DNA of 60,959 bases from a virus (taxonomy: Duplodnaviria > Caudoviricetes). The stretch is from positions 1 through 60,959 of IMG/VR virus record IMGVR_UViG_3300048783_000050; one strand, written 5' to 3'. A model generated the notes under the pieces. That model was not told where the DNA came from and did no database searches. It saw nothing but the letters and a program-made list of their open reading frames with translations. Positions 52,684 to 60,959 of the stretch are shown piece after piece (position 1 is the first letter of the stretch; every line of letters starts with the position of its first letter). A program made the translations under genes and the position numbers.

Positions 52684-54273
52684 ATGATCGCGCGCGCCGT
52701 GGCTCCGCACGTCCCTGCGCCAGCGGCCCGCCGATTCGTGTCGGTGTGCTCTGGAATTGAGAGCGCGAGCATGGCGTGGACCCCGCTGGGCTGGCGGGCT
52801 GTGGCCTTCGCGGAGATTGCGCCCTTCCCGTCGGCCGTGCTGGCGCACCGGCACCCGCACGTGCCCAATCTGGGCGACTTCACCACCCCGGAATATGTGG
52901 AGGCGGTCCGTGGACTCCTTGGACCTGTTCCCCTCCGAGACGGGGGAGTCCTCGTCGGCGGTACCCCCTGCCAGGACTTCAGCGTTGCGGGACGCCGAGC
53001 GGGAATGGCTGGAGCGCGTGGTGGGCTCACGATGCGATTCCTTGACGTTGCTCGCGAGCTACGGCCCCGCTGGGTGGTCTGGGAGAACGTCCCCGGCATC
53101 CTGTCGAGCAACGGAGGAAGAGACTTTGGCGCCTTCCTCTGGGCGCTGGGGCAACTCGGGTATGGGTTCGCCTACCGGGTTCTTGACGCTCAGTACTTCG
53201 GAGTTCCCCAGCGCCGCCGTCGTGTCTTCGTTGTCGGATGTCTTGGAGACTGGCGACGTCCCGCAGCGGTTCTTTTTGAGCGTCACAGCCTGTCGGGGCA
53301 TCCTGCGCCGCGCCGCCAAACGGGGACGCGAGCTTCCGCCCTCTCTGCGAGCCGCTTTGGACGCGGTGGCGCAGACGACAACGCCGCCCAGGCCAGGCAT
53401 CTGGTTGCGGCTCGGGTCGCTCCGACGCTGGACGCGAGCTTCGGGCGGCTTCAGGGCTGCTCTGGGCAGGATGCGAAGCACGGGCATGCTCACCTAATCG
53501 CGTTCGGTGGCAACAACACCGCGGGTCCCATCGAGGTTGCGACAGCCTGCAACGCCCACGCGGGGAGGTACGACTTCGAGTCCGAAACGCTGATCGCGCA
53601 TCCCACCGGCGCGGCAGAGGCGGCGCCCGTGTCGTTCCCGATGGAGTTCAGCAATCAGGGGTTCGGGGAGGATCTGAGCGTCAGCATCACAACGCGCCCG
53701 ACCGCGGTCGCCTTCTCCTGCAAGGACCACGGCGCCGATGCAGGGGAGGTCTCCCCGACGCTCCGGAGCATTGGGCATGACGCCAGCCACGCGAACGGCG
53801 GCGGGCAAGTAGCCATCGCCATTCAGGAGCGTGCGGAAAGCATCGGGCCCGGCGGGCCGCAGGGAAAGGGCTGGAACGCTGACGTGGCGTTCACGATGGA
53901 AGCCCGCCGCCGCCCGCAATCGGTTGCGTTCAGCATGGCGGTGCGTCGGCTAACCCCACGCGAGTGTGAACGCCTGCAAGGTTTCCCAGACGATTACACC
54001 CTCATCCCCAGCGACTGGCGCTCCCGCAAGCCTAGCGACTGGCTGGAGACGGTCGCGTACCTCTGCGCCGCTGGGTTCGGACGCGCGGAAGCAGAAGCCC
54101 TCGCGGACACTCCAGACGGGCCCCGCTATCACGCCCTCGGCAACAGCAAGGCCGTCCCCGTGGTGCGCTGGATAGGAGAGCGCATTGACCGGGTGGACGC
54201 GATGGACTTCCCCGCGCCGGCTGCGGGGCCGGTGCTCTCCCCCACCCCGAGCGCCGGAGGCACCCCGTGCTGA
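52684..54273 (+). CDS. Orphan DNA cytosine-5 methyltransferase
   Basis: SVCSGIE, GGTPCQDFS, WENVPG, PQRRRRVF, RRLTPRECERLQGFP, LGNS. Confidence 0.96.
   Translation: MIARAVAPHVPAPAARRFVSVCSGIESASMAWTPLGWRAVAFAEIAPFPSAVLAHRHPHVPNLGDFTTPEYVEAVRGLLGPVPLRDGGVLVGGTPCQDFSVAGRRAGMAGARGGLTMRFLDVARELRPRWVVWENVPGILSSNGGRDFGAFLWALGQLGYGFAYRVLDAQYFGVPQRRRRVFVVGCLGDWRRPAAVLFERHSLSGHPAPRRQTGTRASALSASRFGRGGADDNAAQARHLVAARVAPTLDASFGRLQGCSGQDAKHGHAHLIAFGGNNTAGPIEVATACNAHAGRYDFESETLIAHPTGAAEAAPVSFPMEFSNQGFGEDLSVSITTRPTAVAFSCKDHGADAGEVSPTLRSIGHDASHANGGGQVAIAIQERAESIGPGGPQGKGWNADVAFTMEARRRPQSVAFSMAVRRLTPRECERLQGFPDDYTLIPSDWRSRKPSDWLETVAYLCAAGFGRAEAEALADTPDGPRYHALGNSKAVPVVRWIGERIDRVDAMDFPAPAAGPVLSPTPSAGGTPC
52910..53497 (+). 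CDS. Nested +1-frame ORF resembling M.EcoHK31I beta polypeptide
   Basis: GGAGG RBS at 52899 + GTG; SSGRWGNSGM..SLSDVLET..FFLS..GILRRA..RG..LP..L. Confidence 0.65.
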   Translation: MDSLDLFPSETGESSSAVPPARTSALRDAEREWLERVVGSRCDSLTLLASYGPAGWSGRTSPASCRATEEETLAPSSGRWGNSGMGSPTGFLTLSTSEFPSAAVVSSLSDVLETGDVPQRFFLSVTACRGILRRAAKRGRELPPSLRAALDAVAQTTTPPRPGIWLRLGSLRRWTRASGGFRAALGRMRSTGMLT

Positions 54274-54473
54274 CCCACTCGCCCGCACGCCCCGTCGCGG
54301 GGCTGCCGCTTACGGCTCCTGATCGAATGGTGATCGCCGGGCTGATCCGGGAGTGCAGCCCGCCCGGAGCTGCGCGGGGCGTGTCCGACGTCACCACGGA
54401 CCTGCTGATCTTCACCGCGTGCTTCCTCGTCGTGGTGCTCCTGGCCGCCTACGGCGTGGGGATCGACTCGTGA
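54267..54473 (+). CDS. Small membrane protein
   Basis: GGAGG RBS, C-terminal hydrophobic helix. Confidence 0.5.
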   Translation: MLTHSPARPVAGLPLTAPDRMVIAGLIRECSPPGAARGVSDVTTDLLIFTACFLVVVLLAAYGVGIDS

Positions 54474-54706
54474 TCGGGCCGGCGCAGGTGGTGGAGCTGA
54501 CGCCGGGCCAGCTCGCGGCGGGAGGCGTCCCGCTGGACACGGCGGCGCGCATGGCGGAGGCGAGCCCGCTCGGGTTCCTGGCCGGGATGATCGTGTTGGG
54601 GCTGGCCGTGGGCGCCGGGCTGCTGTGGGCGAGCGGGCGGTGCTCGGGGGAGAGGGTGTCGGGGATCGACGGGGAGACGTACGGCGTGCGCCGGAGCGGG
54701 CGGTGA
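54470..54706 (+). CDS. Small membrane protein
   Basis: GTGA coupling, one hydrophobic helix. Confidence 0.5.
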   Translation: MIGPAQVVELTPGQLAAGGVPLDTAARMAEASPLGFLAGMIVLGLAVGAGLLWASGRCSGERVSGIDGETYGVRRSGR

Positions 54707-55166
54707 TCTCTCCCGCCGCGCTGCTGCTGATCGGCGCCCTAGGGCATGCCCCGGGCGGGCCGACCTTGGCGGCGCCCGCTCCATGGTCGGCGGTTGAAGT
54801 GGCCGCGCCGGGCGAGTGCGTGCCGGTGCTGGTGAGGTCCGCGGTGGTGGAGGGCGTGCGGCGGGATGCCCTCGCCACCCCCGGCGGGCCGTCTGGCGGC
54901 TCTGCGGAGGCGAGCCGTCGCAGGCGACACGCGAGAGCGTGGAGGCCATCGGGGCGATGGGAGCATACCGCTGCGGGGCACGCCCGCACCCTGCCGCCGC
55001 GGGGATGGTGTGCGGAGGACCGGCGCGGCGCCGAATCGCCGGCCTCCGCCTCTCGAATCGGAAGGCGCCGGACGTGTCGGGGTGATACCCGGCCGTCCCA
55101 TGCAGGACCCAGTGGGCCGGGTGGCCCGCCGGAACGGATAGAAGATCCTGAACGGGAGGAACGGCA

Positions 55167-55925
55167 ATGGTGGTGAGCGGCGATGCCACGAGGGTGCTGG
55201 CGCGGGCGGAGTGCGACGGCCACGCCGTGCGGCTCCCGGGTGAGCAGCTGGAGCGTAAGCTCTACATGGAGGTCAACGAGGTGCTGTCGCGGCTGGGCGG
55301 GGAGTGGAAGTCCGGGAAGGTGCGGGCGCACGTGTTCGACGAGGACCCGGCGCCGTTGCTGGCCGTGGTGGTGGAGACCGGCGAGATGCCGCCGAAGAAC
55401 CCCATGGCGTTCTTCCCCACGCCCGCGCCGGTCGTCGCGCGTATGATGGAGATCGTGCAGGAGGCGGTGGCGCGGGCGCGCCGGGCGCTGGAGCCGTCCG
55501 CAGGGGAAGGCGACATCGCCTCTCGCCTTGCCCGGGACCTCACATCGGGCGCCACGCTGGACGTGGTGGAGCTGGACCCCCGGCGCGCCGCGAAGCTCCG
55601 GGCCGCCGGCTTCCACGCGCATGAGATCGACTTCCTCATGTTCGCCGGCGACGGCTACGACGTGGTGGCGATGAACCCGCCGTTCACCGCGCCGGGCGAC
55701 CCACTGGCGTACATCGCGCACATCCGCCACGCGCACAGCCTCCTTGCCCCCGGAGGCGAGCTGGTGTCGGTGGCTCCCAACAACTTCCCCACGCGCTCCG
55801 ACCGCCGGTGCACCGCGTTCCGCGAGTTCGTGCAGGCGCACGGCTCGTGGGAGGAACTGCCGCGGGACGCCTTCAAGGAGAGCGGGACGGGCACCGCCTG
55901 CGTGCTGGTGCACCTGACCGCCTGA
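55167..55925 (+). CDS. SAM-dependent amino-methyltransferase (probable orphan N6-adenine DNA MTase)
   Basis: FFPTP, LEPSAGEG, VE, MNPPF, FKESGT. Confidence 0.88.
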   Translation: MVVSGDATRVLARAECDGHAVRLPGEQLERKLYMEVNEVLSRLGGEWKSGKVRAHVFDEDPAPLLAVVVETGEMPPKNPMAFFPTPAPVVARMMEIVQEAVARARRALEPSAGEGDIASRLARDLTSGATLDVVELDPRRAAKLRAAGFHAHEIDFLMFAGDGYDVVAMNPPFTAPGDPLAYIAHIRHAHSLLAPGGELVSVAPNNFPTRSDRRCTAFREFVQAHGSWEELPRDAFKESGTGTACVLVHLTA

Positions 55926-56041
55926 AACGAAGAAGCCCGCCGAGCGCTTGGGACGCTGGCGGGTCTCCGCCCGGGGAATCCCGGGAACACCCCTGTAGGG
56001 AGGGGATGCACAATGATCTCATTACGCCGCGTAATCCGCAA
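55926..56041 (-). ncRNA. Candidate antisense-oriented small structured RNA with own promoter and terminator
   Basis: Minus strand TTGCGG-17-GATCAT, three hairpins, the last followed by CTTCTTCGTT. Confidence 0.4.
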
Positions 56042-56112
56042 GCTTTCCCGCGCCCGGTGGCTTTTCGCCGTGGGCGGGACCCGTCGCCGCATTCCCTCGC
56101 AGGAGGTGTGAC

Positions 56113-56625
56113 GTGGTGCGCCTCTCTCCCTGGCTGGAGCACATGGCGGCTGTCCCCGGCTCGCCTCAGCTCGCCGGCCTGACCCGCTCGGTGATCTCGA
56201 TGGACGACTCATACCACCCCGCTCCGCCCGGAGAGGACGAGGCCAGCCCGGAGACGTTTGCGGGACTGCTGCACGAGCGGGCCGTAGACGCCCTGCTCCG
56301 CGAGGGCCGCGCAAGTCGCGGCTACGGCCAGCCGCTCTTCGGGGCCGGCTTCGCCGCCTACGCCGCGGGCCTGGCTCCGCTGACCGAAGCGCAGCAGGCG
56401 GATCTCCGCGACCTCCTCGCTCCCAGGCGAGCCCAGGTAACGCAGGCGGCCGAGCGCGACCTGCACGAGGCCGTGCGGGACCTGCTCCTGGAGATTGGGG
56501 AGCCGGGCCGTGCGGGGTCGCTCTTCGAGTTGCTGGACGACGCTGGCGCAGACTCCTGCCGCGTGGGGTTTTTGGGAATAACGGTGGAGCGCGTCCAGCG
56601 GGCGCTGGAAGGGAGGCCGTCGTGA
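56113..56625 (+). CDS. Hypothetical protein
   Basis: AGGAGG RBS at 56101. Confidence 0.6.
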   Translation: MVRLSPWLEHMAAVPGSPQLAGLTRSVISMDDSYHPAPPGEDEASPETFAGLLHERAVDALLREGRASRGYGQPLFGAGFAAYAAGLAPLTEAQQADLRDLLAPRRAQVTQAAERDLHEAVRDLLLEIGEPGRAGSLFELLDDAGADSCRVGFLGITVERVQRALEGRPS

Positions 56626-56957
56626 GTGCCTTGCAGCTCGGCCAGCGCGTTCGGTTCGAGCGGGTGCTGGAGCGCCAGTGCGTAGAAGTGGAGTGCTCGC
56701 CCGCCGTGCCGAAGTTCGCGATCCCGGCTCGCACCCGCTGGGAGCGGCACTGGCTCCCCGTGGAGCGCGAAGGCGAAGGGATCGTCACCGGCTTGCGCAG
56801 CCTCACCAACGGCTGGAGCGACTACGACCCCGAGGAGGGTCACACGTGGAACCACACCGGTCACGTGCGCTGCGCGCTGGTCACAGTCTCCCTGCATCGC
56901 AAGCCGGTCCCCGTGCCGCTGGACGCCCTGGAGTCGATGGAGGTGGAGCATGTCTGA
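56622..56957 (+). CDS. Hypothetical protein
   Basis: GTGA coupling. Confidence 0.6.
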   Translation: MSALQLGQRVRFERVLERQCVEVECSPAVPKFAIPARTRWERHWLPVEREGEGIVTGLRSLTNGWSDYDPEEGHTWNHTGHVRCALVTVSLHRKPVPVPLDALESMEVEHV

Positions 56958-57684
56958 GATCGACTTCCGCGCCCTGCAGGACTTCTTCCCCGCCGATGAG
57001 ATCGAGTGGCGACTCCAGCAGGCGGGCGAGAAGAACGGCAAGGTGTGGGCGCTCTGCGTCCCCTACGTCACCAACCGGGCGATCATGCAACGCCTGGACG
57101 ACGTGGTCGGCCCGGGGCGGTGGAAGAACGAGTACCGCGCCGGGCCCGGCGGCGGCGTCCTCTGCGGGATCTCCATTAAGGTCGATGGGGAGTGGGTCAC
57201 GAAGTGGGACGGGGCCGAGAACACGGACATCGAAGAGGTGAAGGGCGGTCTCTCGGGGGCGATGAAGCGCGCCGCGGTGCAATGGGGGATCGGTCGGTTC
57301 CTGTACCGCCTAGACGAAAGCTTCGGGAACGTGCACGAGAACGGGAAGCTCCGCGGCAAGACCAAGGACGGCAAGCCGTTCAAGTGGGACCCGCCCCAGC
57401 TGCCGACGTGGGCACTGCCCCGGAAGGAAGGCGCGGCGAAGAAGGAATTGGCGGGCGCCAGGCGCGCGCGGCAGGAGCACGAGGCGATGCTGGAGTTCAT
57501 CAAGGCTGTCGGGCCGAGGGTGGAGGACGAAGCCGAGGTCGAGATCGACGGCCGCCCGCGAAAGCTGAAGCTGTACACCCGGGAGTGCTGGGCCTTCATC
57601 AAGGAGACGCCCCGACTCGCCGCCCTGGTGGTGGAGGGGATCGAGAAGGCGACCGGGACCACGTTCAACCGGGAGGCCGCATGA
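56950..57684 (+). CDS. Rad52/Rad22-family (Sak-like) single-strand annealing protein
   Basis: FPADEIEWR..YVTNRAIMQRLDDVVG..W..KGGLSGAMKRAAVQWGIGRFLY. Confidence 0.93.
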   Translation: MSEIDFRALQDFFPADEIEWRLQQAGEKNGKVWALCVPYVTNRAIMQRLDDVVGPGRWKNEYRAGPGGGVLCGISIKVDGEWVTKWDGAENTDIEEVKGGLSGAMKRAAVQWGIGRFLYRLDESFGNVHENGKLRGKTKDGKPFKWDPPQLPTWALPRKEGAAKKELAGARRARQEHEAMLEFIKAVGPRVEDEAEVEIDGRPRKLKLYTRECWAFIKETPRLAALVVEGIEKATGTTFNREAA

Positions 57685-57783
57685 CACCGACTCGCCGTGC
57701 GGCGCTCCGCCGCTCCCGTCACCAGGTCCGCTCTCACCTCCGTGGGCTCCGCTGCTGTCTCCGGGGCGGAAGGCTGGTGCGCC

Positions 57784-58248
57784 ATGGGTGAGCACAAACT
57801 ATCGCCGGAGCAGCAGAAGGGCCTCGTCACCCTGGCCGAGAAGATCTTCGAGGTGCGCGTGTTCTCCTGCTGGGGCGCGCAGCAGTCCCACCCGGAGGTG
57901 TACCCGTTCGCGGTATTCGACCGGGCCAAGAAGGCCGACCCGGCGACCTGCTTCCGGGTCTACGCCTACCCGCTCCCGGACGGGGGACCCTGGCGCCCGC
58001 ACGAGGACCGGGACGATGCGGTCCGGCTCTGCGAGTGGCTGGCGTCGAAGGGCTACGAGGTAGAGGTGACCATCGGCTCCACCACGACGGTGCGGGTGTG
58101 GTTCACCGACTACGACGGCGAGCGGCACCTGTTCGCGGAGGAGTGCGACCTGAACCCCTTCCCGGAGACGGTGTTCCTGGCGGCCCTCGCAGCGGTTTCC
58201 CCGGACCCAGCGCCCGGCGCGGCGCCCGCCGCTGTGGAGGTGGGCTGA
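57784..58248 (+). CDS. Hypothetical protein, possibly a divergent ABA-sandwich domain
   Basis: LAEKIF..WRPHEDRDDAVRLCEWL..PETVFLAALAA. Confidence 0.55.
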   Translation: MGEHKLSPEQQKGLVTLAEKIFEVRVFSCWGAQQSHPEVYPFAVFDRAKKADPATCFRVYAYPLPDGGPWRPHEDRDDAVRLCEWLASKGYEVEVTIGSTTTVRVWFTDYDGERHLFAEECDLNPFPETVFLAALAAVSPDPAPGAAPAAVEVG

Positions 58249-58853
58249 TGCTCCCAAGCCAAGAAGCCGCCGAACGCGCCGCCGAGCTGCGGGACCGTCG
58301 CCCGCCGATGCGCCCCCTGGGCGTGGGTGGCGGCTCCGACCCCTGCAACATCTGCCAGCGGCGGGCGGGGAGCGCCAGGTCGGGGCTGTGTCCCCCGTGC
58401 GAGAAGCTGTACGGCGGGGCCGACTGGTGCGGCGACGTGAAGAAGCCGGTGGTCCAGGCGAAACCGGAGCCCGCGCCGCCGGCCGGGGAGGCGCCCGCCC
58501 CGAAGCGGGAGCGGAAGCCCCGCGCGCCGAAGGTGGCGGCCCCCGCGGGTCCCGCCGCCGGCGCCGAGTCGCAGCCCCAGGCGAGGAGCCGCGCACGAGT
58601 CGCGAGGCCGCTCACCAAGTCGGGCTCGCGCAGCGTGGCCGCCGACGCGCCTCCCGAGTCGGACGCCCCCACGGAGCCTCTACCCGATCAGGTCTGTTCC
58701 GTAGCAGCGGCAGTGCTCGTGCCGGTCGCCGCGGAGACGGGCCGGGGTCCAGCGAGGTTCGGGCCTCAACTGCCCCTTTTCGGGGAGGAGTTCTGGGTGG
58801 AGGCGATCAACGGTGTACCTCGCAACCGGGAACAGGAGGCGGCGCCATGCTGA
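58248..58853 (+). CDS. Zinc-finger protein with low-complexity linker and QLPLF motif
   Basis: CNIC..CPPC; QLPLF near C-terminus. Confidence 0.55.
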   Translation: MLPSQEAAERAAELRDRRPPMRPLGVGGGSDPCNICQRRAGSARSGLCPPCEKLYGGADWCGDVKKPVVQAKPEPAPPAGEAPAPKRERKPRAPKVAAPAGPAAGAESQPQARSRARVARPLTKSGSRSVAADAPPESDAPTEPLPDQVCSVAAAVLVPVAAETGRGPARFGPQLPLFGEEFWVEAINGVPRNREQEAAPC

Positions 58854-59020
58854 GGAAGAACTGGAAGGCTGTGGACCGGCGAGAGGCTACCGATCCGCGG
58901 GTGTGGTGCGACTGCTTCCGCGCCACGATCCGTCTGAGCCGGAAGAACGACGGCGGCGTCTGCGCGCACTGCAAGGCGGACTGCGCCAGGGAGACCGCCC
59001 ACGAGCCGGAGGCAGCATGA
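58847..59020 (+). CDS. Small Cys-rich protein
   Basis: AGGAGG RBS; CDC..CAHC. Confidence 0.55.
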   Translation: MLRKNWKAVDRREATDPRVWCDCFRATIRLSRKNDGGVCAHCKADCARETAHEPEAA

Positions 59021-59238
59021 TCGACCTGACGCAGGACCCGGAAGCCGCGGAGGCGTTCGCCCGACGGATCGCGGAGACGGCCCGATACCTGGTGATGATC
59101 GAGGTCTACGACAACCAGACCGGCAAGACGCTGGTGGACGTAGCGCACAACACGAACAGCCTGGGCTGGGTGGAGCGCGATCTCAAGGACGCGGTCTCGA
59201 AGCTGGATGCCCTTGCGTTCGACCCAGCGCACTCCTGA
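59017..59238 (+). CDS. Hypothetical protein
   Basis: ATGA coupling. Confidence 0.6.
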   Translation: MIDLTQDPEAAEAFARRIAETARYLVMIEVYDNQTGKTLVDVAHNTNSLGWVERDLKDAVSKLDALAFDPAHS

Positions 59239-59296
59239 AGCCCCGGCGGGGGCGGCACCTCACCGCCCCCGCCCGTACCCTGAACGACGAAGCACG

Positions 59297-59590
59297 ATGG
59301 CACGCACGAGCGCGGACACGATTGAATGGGGCGACCTGGGGCCTCTCCGGGCGCTGCTGGGCGACCTGAAGGCGTGGGAAGAGCACGACGCTGAGCGCGG
59401 CCGTTCGGAGGAGCTGGACGCGCGCACCGTGACCGACATCCGCGGACGGTTGGAAAAGGCGCTCGCCGACGCGCACACGCCAGCCCCGCGCCCGTCCATC
59501 AGCGACCTCGCCGAGAAGGAGGGGGTCACGCCGTGGGCGCTGTACAAGCGCGCGGAGCGGGCGCGGAAGTCGTCGGGAGCGGCGGTCTAG
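59297..59590 (+). CDS. Excisionase-like protein with C-terminal HTH
   Basis: SISDLAEKEGVTPWALYKR; ends 1 nt before the integrase ATG. Confidence 0.6.
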   Translation: MARTSADTIEWGDLGPLRALLGDLKAWEEHDAERGRSEELDARTVTDIRGRLEKALADAHTPAPRPSISDLAEKEGVTPWALYKRAERARKSSGAAV

Positions 59591-59591
59591 C

Positions 59592-60959
59592 ATGGCGCGG
59601 AAGCCGAAGGGACCGGCACCGGGCGAGTGGACGTACACGGTGGGCGAGGTGCCCGTCCAGCTCACCGCGTACGAGCGCACGGACCGGGGGCTCGACATCT
59701 ACACGCGCGTGTGGGACGGGGCGCGCATCGGCCAGAAGAAGAAGCTGTGCGGTCCGATCCGCGACGCGGCCGGGAAGGTCGTGCCCGGGCTGGAGATCGC
59801 CGCGCAGCAGGCCGCCGTGAAGCGCCAGGAAGTGGTCGCCGCCGCTCGGGTGGACCCGGACCTCGACAACGAACCCGCCGGTCCGCTCTCCCTTGCCGCC
59901 GGGTTCCGGAAGCTGCTGCACCCCACCGAGGGCAAGTACCCCTCCAGCAGCACGCACGCCACCGAGGTGAAGCGCGCCGCCGTGGTCGTTCAAAAGATAC
60001 TGGGCGGCGACCTGCTGTGGTCGGACGTGCGCTACGGCCACTACCGGAAGGTCTGGCGCACGCTCGCGCGCGAGAACGCCGAGCACGGCACCTCGGGACC
60101 CCGGTGGGCCGAGGTCGTCTGCGAGGTGCTGGCGTCCGCCGCCCGGTGGCTCCAGCAGGAAGAGTTGATCGAACCGGGCGACGCCGAGCCCGCCCGCGGG
60201 TGGAAACAGGCCATGCGAAAGGAGTGGGCCGAGATCACCGACCGCCCGGTACAGAAGCGCCGCAAGCCCCGGCATACCCCGGAAGAGAAAGCGAAGCTGT
60301 GGGGCGCCCTCCCCCACGCGGACCCGCGCTTGGCCCTGGCCGTGGAGATCGGCGCCGAGCTGCGCCTCGGTCAGGTGGTCCGCACCCGCCGCTCCGACGT
60401 ACACGCCTCCCCGGATGGAACCGAGCCGTTGTGGATGGTGCGGGTTCACGGCCGGGGGAAGAAGCACGGGGAGGACGTGGTGCTGACGCCGGACCAGCGG
60501 GAGGCGCTTTCCTTTGCCCTGTCGCGGGGGTACCTCGCAGACCTGGAGGCGGCGCGCCACGCGGGGGCGATCACCGACTACTACCTCTTCCCAGGCAGGA
60601 AACTGGTCACCGTGAAGCTTCAGGACGGCAGGACGATCAAGCGCGCGCGCGCGAACGGCCGCGACCGCCACCTGGACGACACGGGGCTCGGCAAGCAGTG
60701 GGCGGCTCTGGAGAAGGCAGCCAAGGTGACGCCGATGCCCGGCCGCCGCTGGTACGGGATGCGGCGCAGGCAAGCCGACGACGTTGACGCGTTGGAGGAC
60801 GTGCGCCCGGTCGTGAAGAACCGGACCGGAGGATGGACCAAGACCAGCACCCGGGAGGGGTATCTGGAAGGCGACCGGCTTGAGGATGCGGTCGCAGCTG
60901 CGGAGGCGCGCCGGCGGGTGCGTCCGGCCCGCAACTCCTCGCCCTCCGAGGAGGGCTAA
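59592..60959 (+). CDS. int: Tyrosine recombinase/integrase, divergent
   Basis: R in ELRLGQ, K in GRGKK, YLFP, WYGMRR (Y at the HxxR His position), GGW, terminal EGY. Confidence 0.8.
   Translation: MARKPKGPAPGEWTYTVGEVPVQLTAYERTDRGLDIYTRVWDGARIGQKKKLCGPIRDAAGKVVPGLEIAAQQAAVKRQEVVAAARVDPDLDNEPAGPLSLAAGFRKLLHPTEGKYPSSSTHATEVKRAAVVVQKILGGDLLWSDVRYGHYRKVWRTLARENAEHGTSGPRWAEVVCEVLASAARWLQQEELIEPGDAEPARGWKQAMRKEWAEITDRPVQKRRKPRHTPEEKAKLWGALPHADPRLALAVEIGAELRLGQVVRTRRSDVHASPDGTEPLWMVRVHGRGKKHGEDVVLTPDQREALSFALSRGYLADLEAARHAGAITDYYLFPGRKLVTVKLQDGRTIKRARANGRDRHLDDTGLGKQWAALEKAAKVTPMPGRRWYGMRRRQADDVDALEDVRPVVKNRTGGWTKTSTREGYLEGDRLEDAVAAAEARRRVRPARNSSPSEEG

Larger units (their letters stand above)
1..60959. 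mobile_element. Temperate siphovirus-like prophage/phage genome (HK97-type head, integrase at right end)
   Basis: Ordered terminase-portal-protease-capsid-neck-tail-tape measure module, holin, divergent HTH switch, replication genes and a terminal tyrosine recombinase; no host housekeeping genes seen. Confidence 0.95.

Noticed and set aside
29866-59020. Recurrent C-terminal EAA/EVAA as a degradation tag family
   Set aside because: Explained by the GGAGG-N-ATGA translational coupling sequence for the next gene
1-60959. tRNA, rRNA, IS elements and att direct repeats
   Set aside because: None recognised by eye; att sites would lie outside the gene-trimmed window ends

Overview
The window is a very GC-rich, apparently near-complete temperate siphovirus-type prophage or phage with an HK97-fold head and a long non-contractile tail. 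It is cut exactly at gene boundaries (ATG at 1, integrase stop at 60959). Gene order: replication and nin-like genes (1-5.9 kb, including an initiator with four internal 26-bp palindromic iterons, a DnaC-like loader and a RusA-like gene broken by one nonsense codon); packaging, head and tail genes (6-28.9 kb) interrupted by accessory inserts (Lar-like gene, lipoprotein, PIN-toxin module); fibre, holin and extra virion genes (29-39 kb); a second early region of many small ORFs behind its own HTH/operator switch (39-46 kb); the immunity region (46-51.5 kb); and a rightward early operon with two orphan methyltransferases, a Sak/Rad52 recombinase, an excisionase-like gene and a tyrosine integrase (51.5-61 kb). 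The best candidates for new biology are: (1) a secreted Cys-looped lipopeptide gene convergent with a TPR receptor-like gene that is co-transcribed with the putative repressor, resembling an arbitrium/RRNPP-type signalling switch; (2) four copies of a sigma70 promoter + invariant 17-nt leader + intrinsic terminator cassette heading each late module, implying an unrecognised antitermination system; (3) an orphan lanthipeptide-like precursor; (4) a repeated stop-hairpin-CA-tail-RBS spacer between the small early genes; and (5) an out-of-frame EcoHK31I-beta-like gene nested inside the C5 methyltransferase. All calls rest on motif reading by eye and no database searches were run. The host is not determined: lipoprotein signals and the high GC content are compatible with a Gemmatimonadota-like host, but this is weak inference.
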